Origin: an uncultured Verrucomicrobiota bacterium
GTDB lineage: Bacteria > Verrucomicrobiota > Kiritimatiellia > RZYC01
Reading direction: 5' to 3'
Assembly: GCA_964542025.1 (NCBI GenBank)
Contig: CAZISY010000004.1
Location: forward strand, 13,933-74,384
DNA length: 60,452 nucleotides
Within the stretch, counting starts at the first letter, position 1. Every line of letters starts with the position of its first letter. Made by a program: the position numbers and the translations under genes. Shown here one piece after another: positions 9,034 through 17,268 of the stretch. Below the pieces are notes generated by a model that made no database searches, had not been told where the DNA came from, and worked only from the letters and a program-made list of their open reading frames with translations.

Positions 9034-10371
9034 ATGGAACCGACTTTTATCTTAGTTTGTTGCGGTGTGGCGCTCCTCGGGGTGCTGATTGCCGCCGTGT
9101 TTTCCCTGATTCCGGGACTGCACATCTATAACGTCATCGCGTTTACCATGCTCATCGCATTTGCCGCCGTGGATGTGTTTGAACGCATGGATCCCATGAT
9201 GACCACTTGCTTTATCATGGGTATGGTGGTCGGGTTTTCCGTGCTCTTCACGGTGTCCAGTCAGTTTTTTCAGCCCTGTGACGACACCTTTCGCTCCATG
9301 ATGCTCCCGCATGAACGCTTCCTCTTCGAGGGGCGCGGTTATGAGGCGGTGATGACGGCGGGGCTCGGTTCGCTGATGGCACTCCTCTTCATCGCGGCGG
9401 TTTTTCCGTTCATCACGCCGCTGATCGGCGTCCTGCGCGAATTGATCAGACCCCATATCTACTGGATCATCGGCCTCGTTTGCACCTTCATCCTCATGAG
9501 CGAGTGGCCGAAAGACCACGGCGTGGGGCCAACCGGCTGGACCCGCTTTGCCGATGGCTGGGGACAGCTCTCCATGGGACTCTTTGTCTTCATCGCGGCC
9601 GGCATTCTCGGCATGTTCGTCTTTTTCAACACCATCATTCCCGTACAAAGCGCCTTCCAATCGCTGATGCCCGTATTTATCGGCCTGTTCGCCCTGTCGA
9701 GCCAGATTATGACCCTGGTCTCCCGGGCCTATATCCCGCCGCAATACGCCTGCCAATCCATTGAAATGCTGCCGCATGACGTGGCCCGCGGCGCGCTCAC
9801 CGGCGTCGTTTCCGGCCTCTTTTCCTCCCTGACTCCCGGCATGACGCCCGGCCCCGCGCTGCTCATCGGCGCTCACGCCACCGCCTCTTCCGGCGAAAAA
9901 CAATTCATGATTGGGGGCGGCGTGGCGCGCGTCCTCTATTACGTCGGAGCGCTCGTTCTCTTCTTCATGCCGGATGTATATATGCGGCGCGGCGGCGCGG
10001 CTATCAACATCAGCCTCTTTTTCGTGCCCGAAACCGTGGAACAGTACTATCTGATTTCCGGTATCATCGCCCTGAGCGGCGCGGTGTCGCTGCTGCTTCT
10101 CCCCCGCTTCGCACGCTTCTGCATGGCGGTTACCCAGCGCGTGGATTTTCGCTGGATTGCCACCGGCTCCATCGTTTTGCTGACGGCAATCGTTTGGTAT
10201 GTCACCGGATGGCGCGGGCTCGTCCTTATGCTGGTGGCCACGGCGCTTGGCCTGGTACCCAATTTCTGGCATACCCGCCGCATCCCGCTTTTGGCCGTAC
10301 TCATGGTACCCGTCTGCCTCAACATGGCCGGAGTCGGCTACAAAGTCGCGATGTGGCTCGGATTCCGATAA
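9034..10371 (+). CDS. Polytopic membrane protein, possibly TctA/DUF112-family permease
   Basis: 445 aa with about 10-12 hydrophobic helices. There are two internally similar P-G-containing segments (SLIPGLHIYN; SSLTPGMTPGPALL) reminiscent of the TctA-family duplicated motif. Lies 7 nt after the preceding gene. Confidence 0.4.
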   Translation: MEPTFILVCCGVALLGVLIAAVFSLIPGLHIYNVIAFTMLIAFAAVDVFERMDPMMTTCFIMGMVVGFSVLFTVSSQFFQPCDDTFRSMMLPHERFLFEGRGYEAVMTAGLGSLMALLFIAAVFPFITPLIGVLRELIRPHIYWIIGLVCTFILMSEWPKDHGVGPTGWTRFADGWGQLSMGLFVFIAAGILGMFVFFNTIIPVQSAFQSLMPVFIGLFALSSQIMTLVSRAYIPPQYACQSIEMLPHDVARGALTGVVSGLFSSLTPGMTPGPALLIGAHATASSGEKQFMIGGGVARVLYYVGALVLFFMPDVYMRRGGAAINISLFFVPETVEQYYLISGIIALSGAVSLLLLPRFARFCMAVTQRVDFRWIATGSIVLLTAIVWYVTGWRGLVLMLVATALGLVPNFWHTRRIPLLAVLMVPVCLNMAGVGYKVAMWLGFR

Positions 10372-10387
10372 ACAAGGAGCGCTCATT

Positions 10388-11614
10388 ATGAAGGGCATCA
10401 CCCATTTTTTAACCGGCGTGGCAACCGCCTCCTGCTTCCCGCTCGCCATTCAAACCGCCTACACAGATAAAGCCTTCCTCATGGTCCTCGGCGGCGCCTG
10501 CGGCATCCTCTGCGATACCCTCGATTTCAAATTCGCCCGCTACTTCTGGAAACACGACTACCAAATCCGCCTTACCGAAGACAACCTCGACCCCCGGATC
10601 CCCGCCGAAGCCATCGCCCGCGCCATCGACGAGGCCGCCGAAAAAAAACGCCCTATCCGCGTCAAACTGGACATCATTCGCCTTTCAACCAGCTATTACC
10701 GCACCTACGCCGTGCAGATTGACCAGCACAACAAACAGGTCACCTGCACCATCGGCCCGCTCAAAACCATGAGCCATTGCATGGCCCGCGGCGAAAATCT
10801 TCCCGGCGAAAAGGCCCGCGAACGGGCCATCGAAAAGGATGGCCCCGCCGCAACGATGGAAGCCATTTCCGACAAATCTCCCTGTTTGCCCGGCACCGTC
10901 CCGGAAGGGCCCCGCTCCTATGTGGCGTCATTCAAAACCGATATCAACAATACCTACTACATGGATTCCGAAGTGGGCGTCTTCTCCGGGCCGGATTATG
11001 AATTTTCCCCGCAGCAGGATGGACGGGTCCGCGTGGATTTCATTCCCTGGCACCGGCGCTGGACGCATAGCCTGACGCTGGCCCTGGCGCTCGGACCTGT
11101 CGGGTTCGCCCTGTTTGCGGGCTGGAGCGCGTTGTTTCACGGCGACTTCGCCGGCTTTGCCAACCCATATGCCATCAATGCCTTTTTCATCGCCATCCTG
11201 GCATTCCTGAGCCATGTTGCCGTGGACCAGACGGGCCATTTGGGATCCAACCTGTTCCCCCCTCTCACGAAAACCCGTTCGCTGGGACTGCGCTGGTGTA
11301 CCTCCGCCTCGCCGTTTTCCAATCAAATGGTGAACTACCTCTCCCTTTCCATCATCCTGTGGAACATCAACGCCTACGCGCCGGTACCGGTGTTCACACT
11401 GCCCTGGGCGGACGGAATCGCCGACGGCTTTGGGAATCCCCTGTATTATCTGGTGTCGCTCGTGAACTACGCGGCGATGCTTGTGGCGCTTCCGCTGCTG
11501 ATCATATATCTGATCGTCCGCATCCACCGCCGCCTGTTCTTTGCCGCCCGTCAAATTCAGTTTGGGGAAGACTACACCGGCGATGATTTCGTAGGCGGCA
11601 TGGGCGACATGTAA
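10388..11614 (+). CDS. Membrane-bound metal-dependent hydrolase-like protein (DUF457/YdjM-like) with a large soluble insertion
   Basis: Motifs ITHFLTG, LCDTLD, HRRWTHSL and LSHVAVD match the His/Asp pattern of DUF457. About 200 aa of hydrophilic sequence lies between the second and third motifs. ATG 10388 is preferred over the track start 10199, which overlaps the previous gene. Confidence 0.5.
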   Translation: MKGITHFLTGVATASCFPLAIQTAYTDKAFLMVLGGACGILCDTLDFKFARYFWKHDYQIRLTEDNLDPRIPAEAIARAIDEAAEKKRPIRVKLDIIRLSTSYYRTYAVQIDQHNKQVTCTIGPLKTMSHCMARGENLPGEKARERAIEKDGPAATMEAISDKSPCLPGTVPEGPRSYVASFKTDINNTYYMDSEVGVFSGPDYEFSPQQDGRVRVDFIPWHRRWTHSLTLALALGPVGFALFAGWSALFHGDFAGFANPYAINAFFIAILAFLSHVAVDQTGHLGSNLFPPLTKTRSLGLRWCTSASPFSNQMVNYLSLSIILWNINAYAPVPVFTLPWADGIADGFGNPLYYLVSLVNYAAMLVALPLLIIYLIVRIHRRLFFAARQIQFGEDYTGDDFVGGMGDM

Positions 11615-11700
11615 TTCACCACCTGCTTCGCGTGAGGGTGCCGATCCCAGAGAATACGAATCGCGAATGAATAGATGGAGGGACGCGCTCCGTCGTGTTC

Positions 11701-11733
11701 GAGTACGGCCGGCTCGCAGCGGTGGCCGTACTC
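11701..11733 (+). terminator. Hairpin downstream of the operon (possible terminator)
   Basis: GAGTACGGCC-13 nt-GGCCGTACTC is a perfect 10-bp stem, followed by TTGATT, which is a weak T-tract. Confidence 0.3.
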
Positions 11734-11857
11734 TTGATTCATCGTCTTGACGACCCTGCTCTATTTCGGTGTCATCTACTATGAGGCAATGCGGTGAGCG
11801 CGTTGATGCGGATAATTTGTTGCGTCCGACCGGTTCATCGGGGCATAATCCCGCGCC

Positions 11858-12562
11858 ATGAAAAAAATATGTCTTATTTATCTCGGTTTCGTGGCGTTGT
11901 TTCTGGCGTATTGGCTGATCTACGCGGTGGCACCGGAGTTCCATGTGCGTTATCTGCAGGGCGAGGACCGCGGCGTGGAATGGATTACGTTTGCCGGGTT
12001 TGCCGGGGCGTCCATCACAGCCTTCTGTACGTTGCGTTTCAGGCGCGGCATGTCGCGCCTGGCGCTGGTCTATCTTTTCATGACGGGTCTGTTTTTCTTT
12101 GTCTGTGCGGGTGAGGAAATCAGCTGGGGGCAGCGGATTTTAGGCTTTGAAACGCCGGAAGAAGTGCTGGCGGTGAATGAGCAGGGAGAATTCAACCTGC
12201 ACAACCTCAAATTTGAAAGTCTGCATCCGTCCGACCTGGTTTCCTGGTACATGAAATTCATGGGCATTGTGTTGCCGCTGGTGTTTCTTTTCAAAATGCG
12301 CGAAAAGGAGGCTCCGCTGCGTTGCTTCCTGTTTCCGCCGGAATTGATTCCCTGTTTTTTCTGGCCGGAAATCATCCACCTGATCAGGCATCTCACCAGC
12401 CGCGTCGCCAGTCGACTCATTCGCCCGGAGGCGGCTCACGTCGTGGATTGGCAAAACGAAGAACTCCTGGAGATGTACTGGGGGCTCTGCGTCTTTTTGG
12501 CCATGTCCTTCATCTACGCGGCCTGGAAGCGCCGGACGAAAAAGGCAGAAAACCCGTCATGA
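11858..12562 (+). CDS. Integral membrane protein, unknown function
   Basis: 234 aa with several TM helices and a GEEISWGQRILGFETP motif. The stop overlaps the next start (ATGA at 12559-12562). Confidence 0.6.
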   Translation: MKKICLIYLGFVALFLAYWLIYAVAPEFHVRYLQGEDRGVEWITFAGFAGASITAFCTLRFRRGMSRLALVYLFMTGLFFFVCAGEEISWGQRILGFETPEEVLAVNEQGEFNLHNLKFESLHPSDLVSWYMKFMGIVLPLVFLFKMREKEAPLRCFLFPPELIPCFFWPEIIHLIRHLTSRVASRLIRPEAAHVVDWQNEELLEMYWGLCVFLAMSFIYAAWKRRTKKAENPS

Positions 12563-13227
12563 CCGCACCGTTTCATTTTTTCGTCAGCGTTTGGATGAAG
12601 TTTTTCTTTCTCTTCACCCCGTTTTTTGCGCTGTCGATGTTTCTGAGCATGACGAAGGGCTGCACGGAATCTGCGCGGCGCCGGCTGGCATTACGGATCA
12701 TGGGGGCGGTGGCGGTATTTTGTTTTGCGATTCTGTTTTTCGGCGATGTGGTGTTCTCGCTGTTCGGGATCGGGTTGGACGCCTTTCGGGTGGGTGCGGG
12801 GGCTCTGCTCTTTCTCTCTGCGGTGGCGCTGGTTCAGCAAAAGCCGGTGAAGGATGGACTGGACGAGGAGGATATTGCGGTGGTCCCGCTATCGATGCCG
12901 ATCATCGTCGGGCCCGCCACGGTGGGTACGCTGCTGGTACTTGGCGCGGAGTTGAGCAATCCGCTGGAGAAATGGCTGGGTTTTTTTGCGCTCCTCGCGG
13001 CCATTGTCTGCGTGGGGGCTATTTTGCTGTTGGGTTCTTATTTGGAGCGGGCGCTCGGACGGCGCGGGTTGAGCGTCATGAGTAAAGTTACGGGGCTGAT
13101 TCTTTCGGCACTGGCCGCGCAGATGATTTTGACGGGCGTACAAAACTTTTTGCGCGTATCACCGGAAACGGCGGTGCCCGCCGCGCCGGCGTTGGAACTC
13201 CGTTCGGAACCCGTCGGCCCCCGCTGA
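12559..13227 (+). CDS. MarC-family (UPF0056) integral membrane protein
   Basis: FFFLFTPFFALSMFLSMT..., VVPLSMPIIVGPATVGTLLVL and MSKVTGLILSALAAQMIL are typical of the MarC family. The internal ATG is preferred over the track start 12322. Confidence 0.7.
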   Translation: MTAPFHFFVSVWMKFFFLFTPFFALSMFLSMTKGCTESARRRLALRIMGAVAVFCFAILFFGDVVFSLFGIGLDAFRVGAGALLFLSAVALVQQKPVKDGLDEEDIAVVPLSMPIIVGPATVGTLLVLGAELSNPLEKWLGFFALLAAIVCVGAILLLGSYLERALGRRGLSVMSKVTGLILSALAAQMILTGVQNFLRVSPETAVPAAPALELRSEPVGPR

Positions 13228-13251
13228 AAAACCGTTCAGCGGGCGCTGCCA

Positions 13252-14034
13252 TCAGAAAAACAGGGGCATTCCCCGGCCGCGTTTCTTTTCCCGGGCGGCG
13301 CCTGGCTCGGGGTCCTTCTTTTTCTCGGCAGGTTCTTCTTTCTGCGGGAACAGGCATTTATAGCGGGCGACATCTCCGCGCTGCGGGTCGCCGGAAACAA
13401 TGTCGGCCACAATGTAACGGCCTTTCCGGTTGCTGACAAACCGCACTTCGCCGACCAGCTCCTCGCCCCGGTAAATCTGGGCATCCTCGCCGGGTGACGG
13501 CATTTTTTCGCATTGCAGAATCACATAATGATCCGGGCTGTTCACGTGCATTACGCGGGCGGCCGGAACCACTTTGGGCTGAAGCGGCGGAGTGGAGGGC
13601 GTATCCACGGCCTGCACAGACCCGCTGTATTCATCTTTCACAAAACGCTTGGGCGCCTCGCCGAACGCGGGAACCGGCGCCGAGGCGGAAAGACCGGAAA
13701 AGGAAGGACGCTGCATCTCGCGGACGGGCTCGGCGGAGACGTCGGGCTCCTCCAGATCCTCTTCGTCCGTGATGATGACGGTTTTACGCGGGGCCGGTGT
13801 TTCCTGTCGGCGCGGGGCCGCTTCGGCGCGAGGCGCGGGGACGGAAAGGCGGGGCTCGCGGGCTTCCGGGTCGGCGACGGGAACGGGCTCGCTGTAGCAG
13901 TCCTCGCCGCCCAAGTCATCCACCGGCACAAAGTCCAGCGGATTTCCCTGGTCCATGGTTTCGCATCCAGACACCAGCCACACGCTCAGAATCATTAAAA
14001 AGGCGTTGATCATGGACAGGAAGGGGCTGCGCAT
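13252..14034 (-). CDS. Lipoprotein with Pro/Glu-rich linker, unknown function
   Basis: Lipobox LVSGC after the signal peptide, a low-complexity PAPR-rich middle, and a structured C-terminal domain. Confidence 0.6.
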   Translation of the reverse strand: MRSPFLSMINAFLMILSVWLVSGCETMDQGNPLDFVPVDDLGGEDCYSEPVPVADPEAREPRLSVPAPRAEAAPRRQETPAPRKTVIITDEEDLEEPDVSAEPVREMQRPSFSGLSASAPVPAFGEAPKRFVKDEYSGSVQAVDTPSTPPLQPKVVPAARVMHVNSPDHYVILQCEKMPSPGEDAQIYRGEELVGEVRFVSNRKGRYIVADIVSGDPQRGDVARYKCLFPQKEEPAEKKKDPEPGAAREKKRGRGMPLFF

Positions 14035-14072
14035 ACTTGCTCCGTTCGTGAAAAGTTTTCACGGCTTCTAGC

Positions 14073-14744
14073 TCATTGCCGCCATTTCCGCAAGGGACAT
14101 TCCTCACATTTCGGCGCGCGGGCGCGGCAAAACAGTTTGGCCAGCTGCACAATCAGGGCGTGATATTCGTTGCTGGTTTTCGGTGTGCAGGGCATTGCGG
14201 CGCGGAACAGGCGGGCCACCTCGTCGTAGGTCCATGTGTCCGTCATCCAGCCGTGTCGCGTTAAAAAGCGCCGGGTATAGGCATCCACCACGAAGACGTC
14301 ATGCCCGCCGGCATAGAGCAAAATGCTGTCGGCTGTTTCAGGTCCGATGCCGTTCACCGCGAGAAGTTGCGGGCGGATTTTTTCGGTGGGCTGGGCAAAC
14401 AGGCGGTGCAGGCTTCCGCCATACAACGTACGAAGCATCTGGAGGAAGGCTTTGATTCGGCGCGCCTTGACCCGGTAATAGCCGGCGGGACGAATCAGCT
14501 CCGCCAGGCGTTCTTCGGGCATTTGCTCCAGCGCCTCGACGGTTAGCGCCCGGTCGATCCGCAGCCGGCGGATGGCCTTTTCGACGTTGGTCCAGGCCGT
14601 ATTCTGGGTAAGAATCGCGCCGGTGATCATTTCCATGCGGGTGCGTGCGGGCCACCAGCCCTGAGGCCCCCAGGCGCGGAACAGCTCGTCATACACCTCC
14701 CGGGCGGGGAACGGACGAAGCGGAGTCGGGATCGGTTTTTGCAT
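14073..14744 (-). CDS. Endonuclease III-related HhH-GPD protein
   Basis: ILTQNTAWTNVEKAI, a helix-hairpin-helix LLAVNGIGPETADSILLYA, and C-terminal Cys ligands CRARAPKCEECPL. Confidence 0.75.
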   Translation of the reverse strand: MQKPIPTPLRPFPAREVYDELFRAWGPQGWWPARTRMEMITGAILTQNTAWTNVEKAIRRLRIDRALTVEALEQMPEERLAELIRPAGYYRVKARRIKAFLQMLRTLYGGSLHRLFAQPTEKIRPQLLAVNGIGPETADSILLYAGGHDVFVVDAYTRRFLTRHGWMTDTWTYDEVARLFRAAMPCTPKTSNEYHALIVQLAKLFCRARAPKCEECPLRKWRQ

Positions 14745-14915
14745 GAGCGCCGTTGTAGCGGATTTTCCCCGGGCGCATCAATCCTTACCCGCTGGAGAGT
14801 GGGGCGGGTGATTCGTCATGAAAGTGCGGGCCGTTTCATTATCCGTATCGACGAAACCGGGCGCGACGTGTATTCTTCCGCCCTGTTCGCCAACTTAACC
14901 AAAAGGAGACACGGC

Positions 14916-16295
14916 ATGCGGTTGCACTTTGTGGGCGGAATCGACACGGTAACGGGCTCTCAGCACATCATCGAAGCCAACGGTAAACGAATTCTGCGTG
15001 ATTGCGGTCTCTTCCAGGGGCGCCGGAAAGAAGCGGCTGTGCGCAACCGAAGCCTGAATTTTGATGTGAACAGCATCGACGCCGTCGTGCTTTCCCATGC
15101 GCATGTGGATCACTGCGGCAACCTCCCCACCCTGGCGAAACTGGGCTACAGCAATCCCGTCTATGCCACGACCGCCACTGTCGCCCTTACGGAAATCATG
15201 CTGCGCGACGCCGCCAACATTCAGGAACAGGACGCGGCCTACCTGAACCAGAAAACCGGACGCCAGGATTTGGATCCCGTCGAGCCGCTCTACACCGTAC
15301 AGGATGCCGAATCCATCATTCAGTGTTTTCAGGGCGTGGAATACGGCCAAACCGTCGGATTCGCCAAGGGGTTCTCCGCGCGTTTCGAGGATGCCGGGCA
15401 CATCCTCGGATCCTCGGTCACCGTTTTCAATATTCGGGAGGACGGCAAGGATCTGAAAATCGGTTACGCGCTCGACCTGGGGCGCCGTGATCTTCCGCTG
15501 ATCCGCGATCCCTACATCATGCAGAATCTGGATGTGCTCGTCATGGAAAGCACCTACGGCAGCAGGCAGCACGGCGATGTCAATGCCGCGAGTGATCAGC
15601 TTTATGAAATCATTAAAAAGACGTTTGACCGCGGCGGCAAGGTATTGATCCCCTCCTTTGCCCTCGAACGAACCCAGGAAATTCTTTACGACATTTACGG
15701 GCTGGTCGAAGAAGGGCGCCTCCCCCCCATTCCGGTGTATGTGGACAGCCCCATGGCCAACGCCGTCACCAAGGTGTTCTCCGAAAAATGGGAGTATTTG
15801 GACGAGCATTTCATCAAGCGCGGGCGGCGTTACGGGACCAATATCCCGCACTGGATGCACTTCATCTCCGGGGTGCTGGAATCGAAACAGCTGACCAATT
15901 CCGAGGCCCCCGCCGTGGTTATCGCGGCCTCGGGTATGTGCGAACATGGGCGAATTCTCCATCATCTGAAACACGGCATCGAAGATTCCAAAAACTCCAT
16001 CGTGTTCGTCGGCTATCAGGCCGAACACACCCTGGGGCGGCGCATCCTGGAAAAACAAAAGACCGTTCGCATTTTCGGTGATGAGTTTGCTCTCAACGCG
16101 GAAGTGCATGTGGCCAACGCCTTCAGCGCGCATGCCGACCGTAACGACCTGATTGAGTATGCCCTGGAGTCCAAGGCAAAAACGATCTTTCTGGTACACG
16201 GCGAAGAAAAAGAACGGGAAGCACTCGCCAAAACGCTGCGCAAAGAAAATCTCAAGGTGGTGACGCCCGCGGCCGGCGAGGTGGTTGATTTATGA
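14916..16295 (+). CDS. Metallo-beta-lactamase / beta-CASP family RNA-processing nuclease
   Basis: VLSHAHVDHCGNLP (HxHxDH), MESTYG, and late H motifs (AFSAHAD, LVHGE). AAAGGAG sits 8 nt upstream of ATG 14916. The track start 14739 adds an unlikely Arg-rich extension. Confidence 0.8.
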   Translation: MRLHFVGGIDTVTGSQHIIEANGKRILRDCGLFQGRRKEAAVRNRSLNFDVNSIDAVVLSHAHVDHCGNLPTLAKLGYSNPVYATTATVALTEIMLRDAANIQEQDAAYLNQKTGRQDLDPVEPLYTVQDAESIIQCFQGVEYGQTVGFAKGFSARFEDAGHILGSSVTVFNIREDGKDLKIGYALDLGRRDLPLIRDPYIMQNLDVLVMESTYGSRQHGDVNAASDQLYEIIKKTFDRGGKVLIPSFALERTQEILYDIYGLVEEGRLPPIPVYVDSPMANAVTKVFSEKWEYLDEHFIKRGRRYGTNIPHWMHFISGVLESKQLTNSEAPAVVIAASGMCEHGRILHHLKHGIEDSKNSIVFVGYQAEHTLGRRILEKQKTVRIFGDEFALNAEVHVANAFSAHADRNDLIEYALESKAKTIFLVHGEEKEREALAKTLRKENLKVVTPAAGEVVDL

Positions 16296-17245
16296 GCGAA
16301 AACGCCCTCACCGGAGAAAACACGCCCACAGCGCTTTCTGATAACCCCTCGCTCCGCTGCGGCATGGTGGCCGTTATCGGGCGGGCCAACGTCGGCAAAT
16401 CCACGCTCGTGAATGCCGTGGTGGAGGAAAAGGTCAGCATTGTCAGTTCCGTGGCGCAAACCACGCGCAATCTGATCCGCGCCATCTATACCGAACCGCG
16501 CGGGCAGCTCGTCTTTCTGGATACGCCGGGTGTTCACAAGGCGGAAAACGATCTGGGCAAATTGATGAACAAACAGGCGCGCGCCAGCATTGAAGGCGCA
16601 GATGTCGCCCTGCTGGTGCTGGACCAATCGCAGCACCCCGGCATGGAAGACGACGGCTGGATGCGGCGCCTCGTTCGCGAGCCGGTGACCGTCATGGCGC
16701 TGCTCAACAAAGCGGACCAGGAACGCGGCTACCGGCAGGAATACGAAGAACTTTGGCGGGCCATTTGCGCGGAAAAGGGTGTTGAGCGCCCGATCCTCTG
16801 GCTTCAGGCATCGGCACTGACGCGGTCCGGCGTTCCGGAATTGCTGAATACGCTGTTTGAACACATGCCCTGCGGTCCGCTGCTTTTCCCCGATGACGTT
16901 CTCACGGATTTTCCCCGCATGCTGAATGTGGCCGACATTATTCGCGAACAGCTTTTTCAGGTGCTGTACGAGGAAATTCCGCATGCCATCGGCGTCATCG
17001 TGGAAAAAATTGATGAAACGGAAAAAGGCTGGACCGTTTCCGCCACCATCTATGTGAACAAAAATACGCAGAAGATCATCGTGCTGGGCGCCAAGGGGCG
17101 GCAGTTGCGCACGGTCAAACGCAAGTCTGAAAAAGTGCTCTCGGACATGTATGAGCATCCGGTGACGGTCAATCTCTGGATCAAGGTGGAACCCTCCTGG
17201 AGCAAGAATTTCTGGTATCTGAAACGCATGGGCTATGTGGCCTGA
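16292..17245 (+). CDS. era: GTPase Era
   Basis: VAVIGRANVGKSTLVN (G1), SSVAQTTRN, FLDTPG (G3), NKAD (G4), and a C-terminal KH domain. The start forms an ATGA overlap with the nuclease gene. Confidence 0.9.
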   Translation: MSENALTGENTPTALSDNPSLRCGMVAVIGRANVGKSTLVNAVVEEKVSIVSSVAQTTRNLIRAIYTEPRGQLVFLDTPGVHKAENDLGKLMNKQARASIEGADVALLVLDQSQHPGMEDDGWMRRLVREPVTVMALLNKADQERGYRQEYEELWRAICAEKGVERPILWLQASALTRSGVPELLNTLFEHMPCGPLLFPDDVLTDFPRMLNVADIIREQLFQVLYEEIPHAIGVIVEKIDETEKGWTVSATIYVNKNTQKIIVLGAKGRQLRTVKRKSEKVLSDMYEHPVTVNLWIKVEPSWSKNFWYLKRMGYVA

Positions 17246-17268
17246 TCCCAATCGATGTTGAGGTGAAT

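Noticed and set aside
10199-10387. N-terminal extensions of track ORFs (also 12322, 14739, 18954..20366, 22486, 34766, 35770, 36494, 40605, 44704..46086, 48457..49497, 52377, 55673)
   Set aside because: The extensions overlap upstream genes or intergenic repeats, are Arg/Pro/Gly-rich, and in-frame internal ATGs give canonical N-termini, often with an RBS or an ATGA/TGATG coupling.
9052-10449. 465-aa minus-strand ORF
   Set aside because: It is antisense to the polytopic membrane protein gene. Its His/Gly/Arg/Asp-rich translation has no hydrophobic core or motifs.
11711-11721. 11-mer GGCTCGCAGCG shared with 48434-48444
   Set aside because: The surrounding sequence does not align, and a short GC-rich match in high-GC DNA is plausibly chance.
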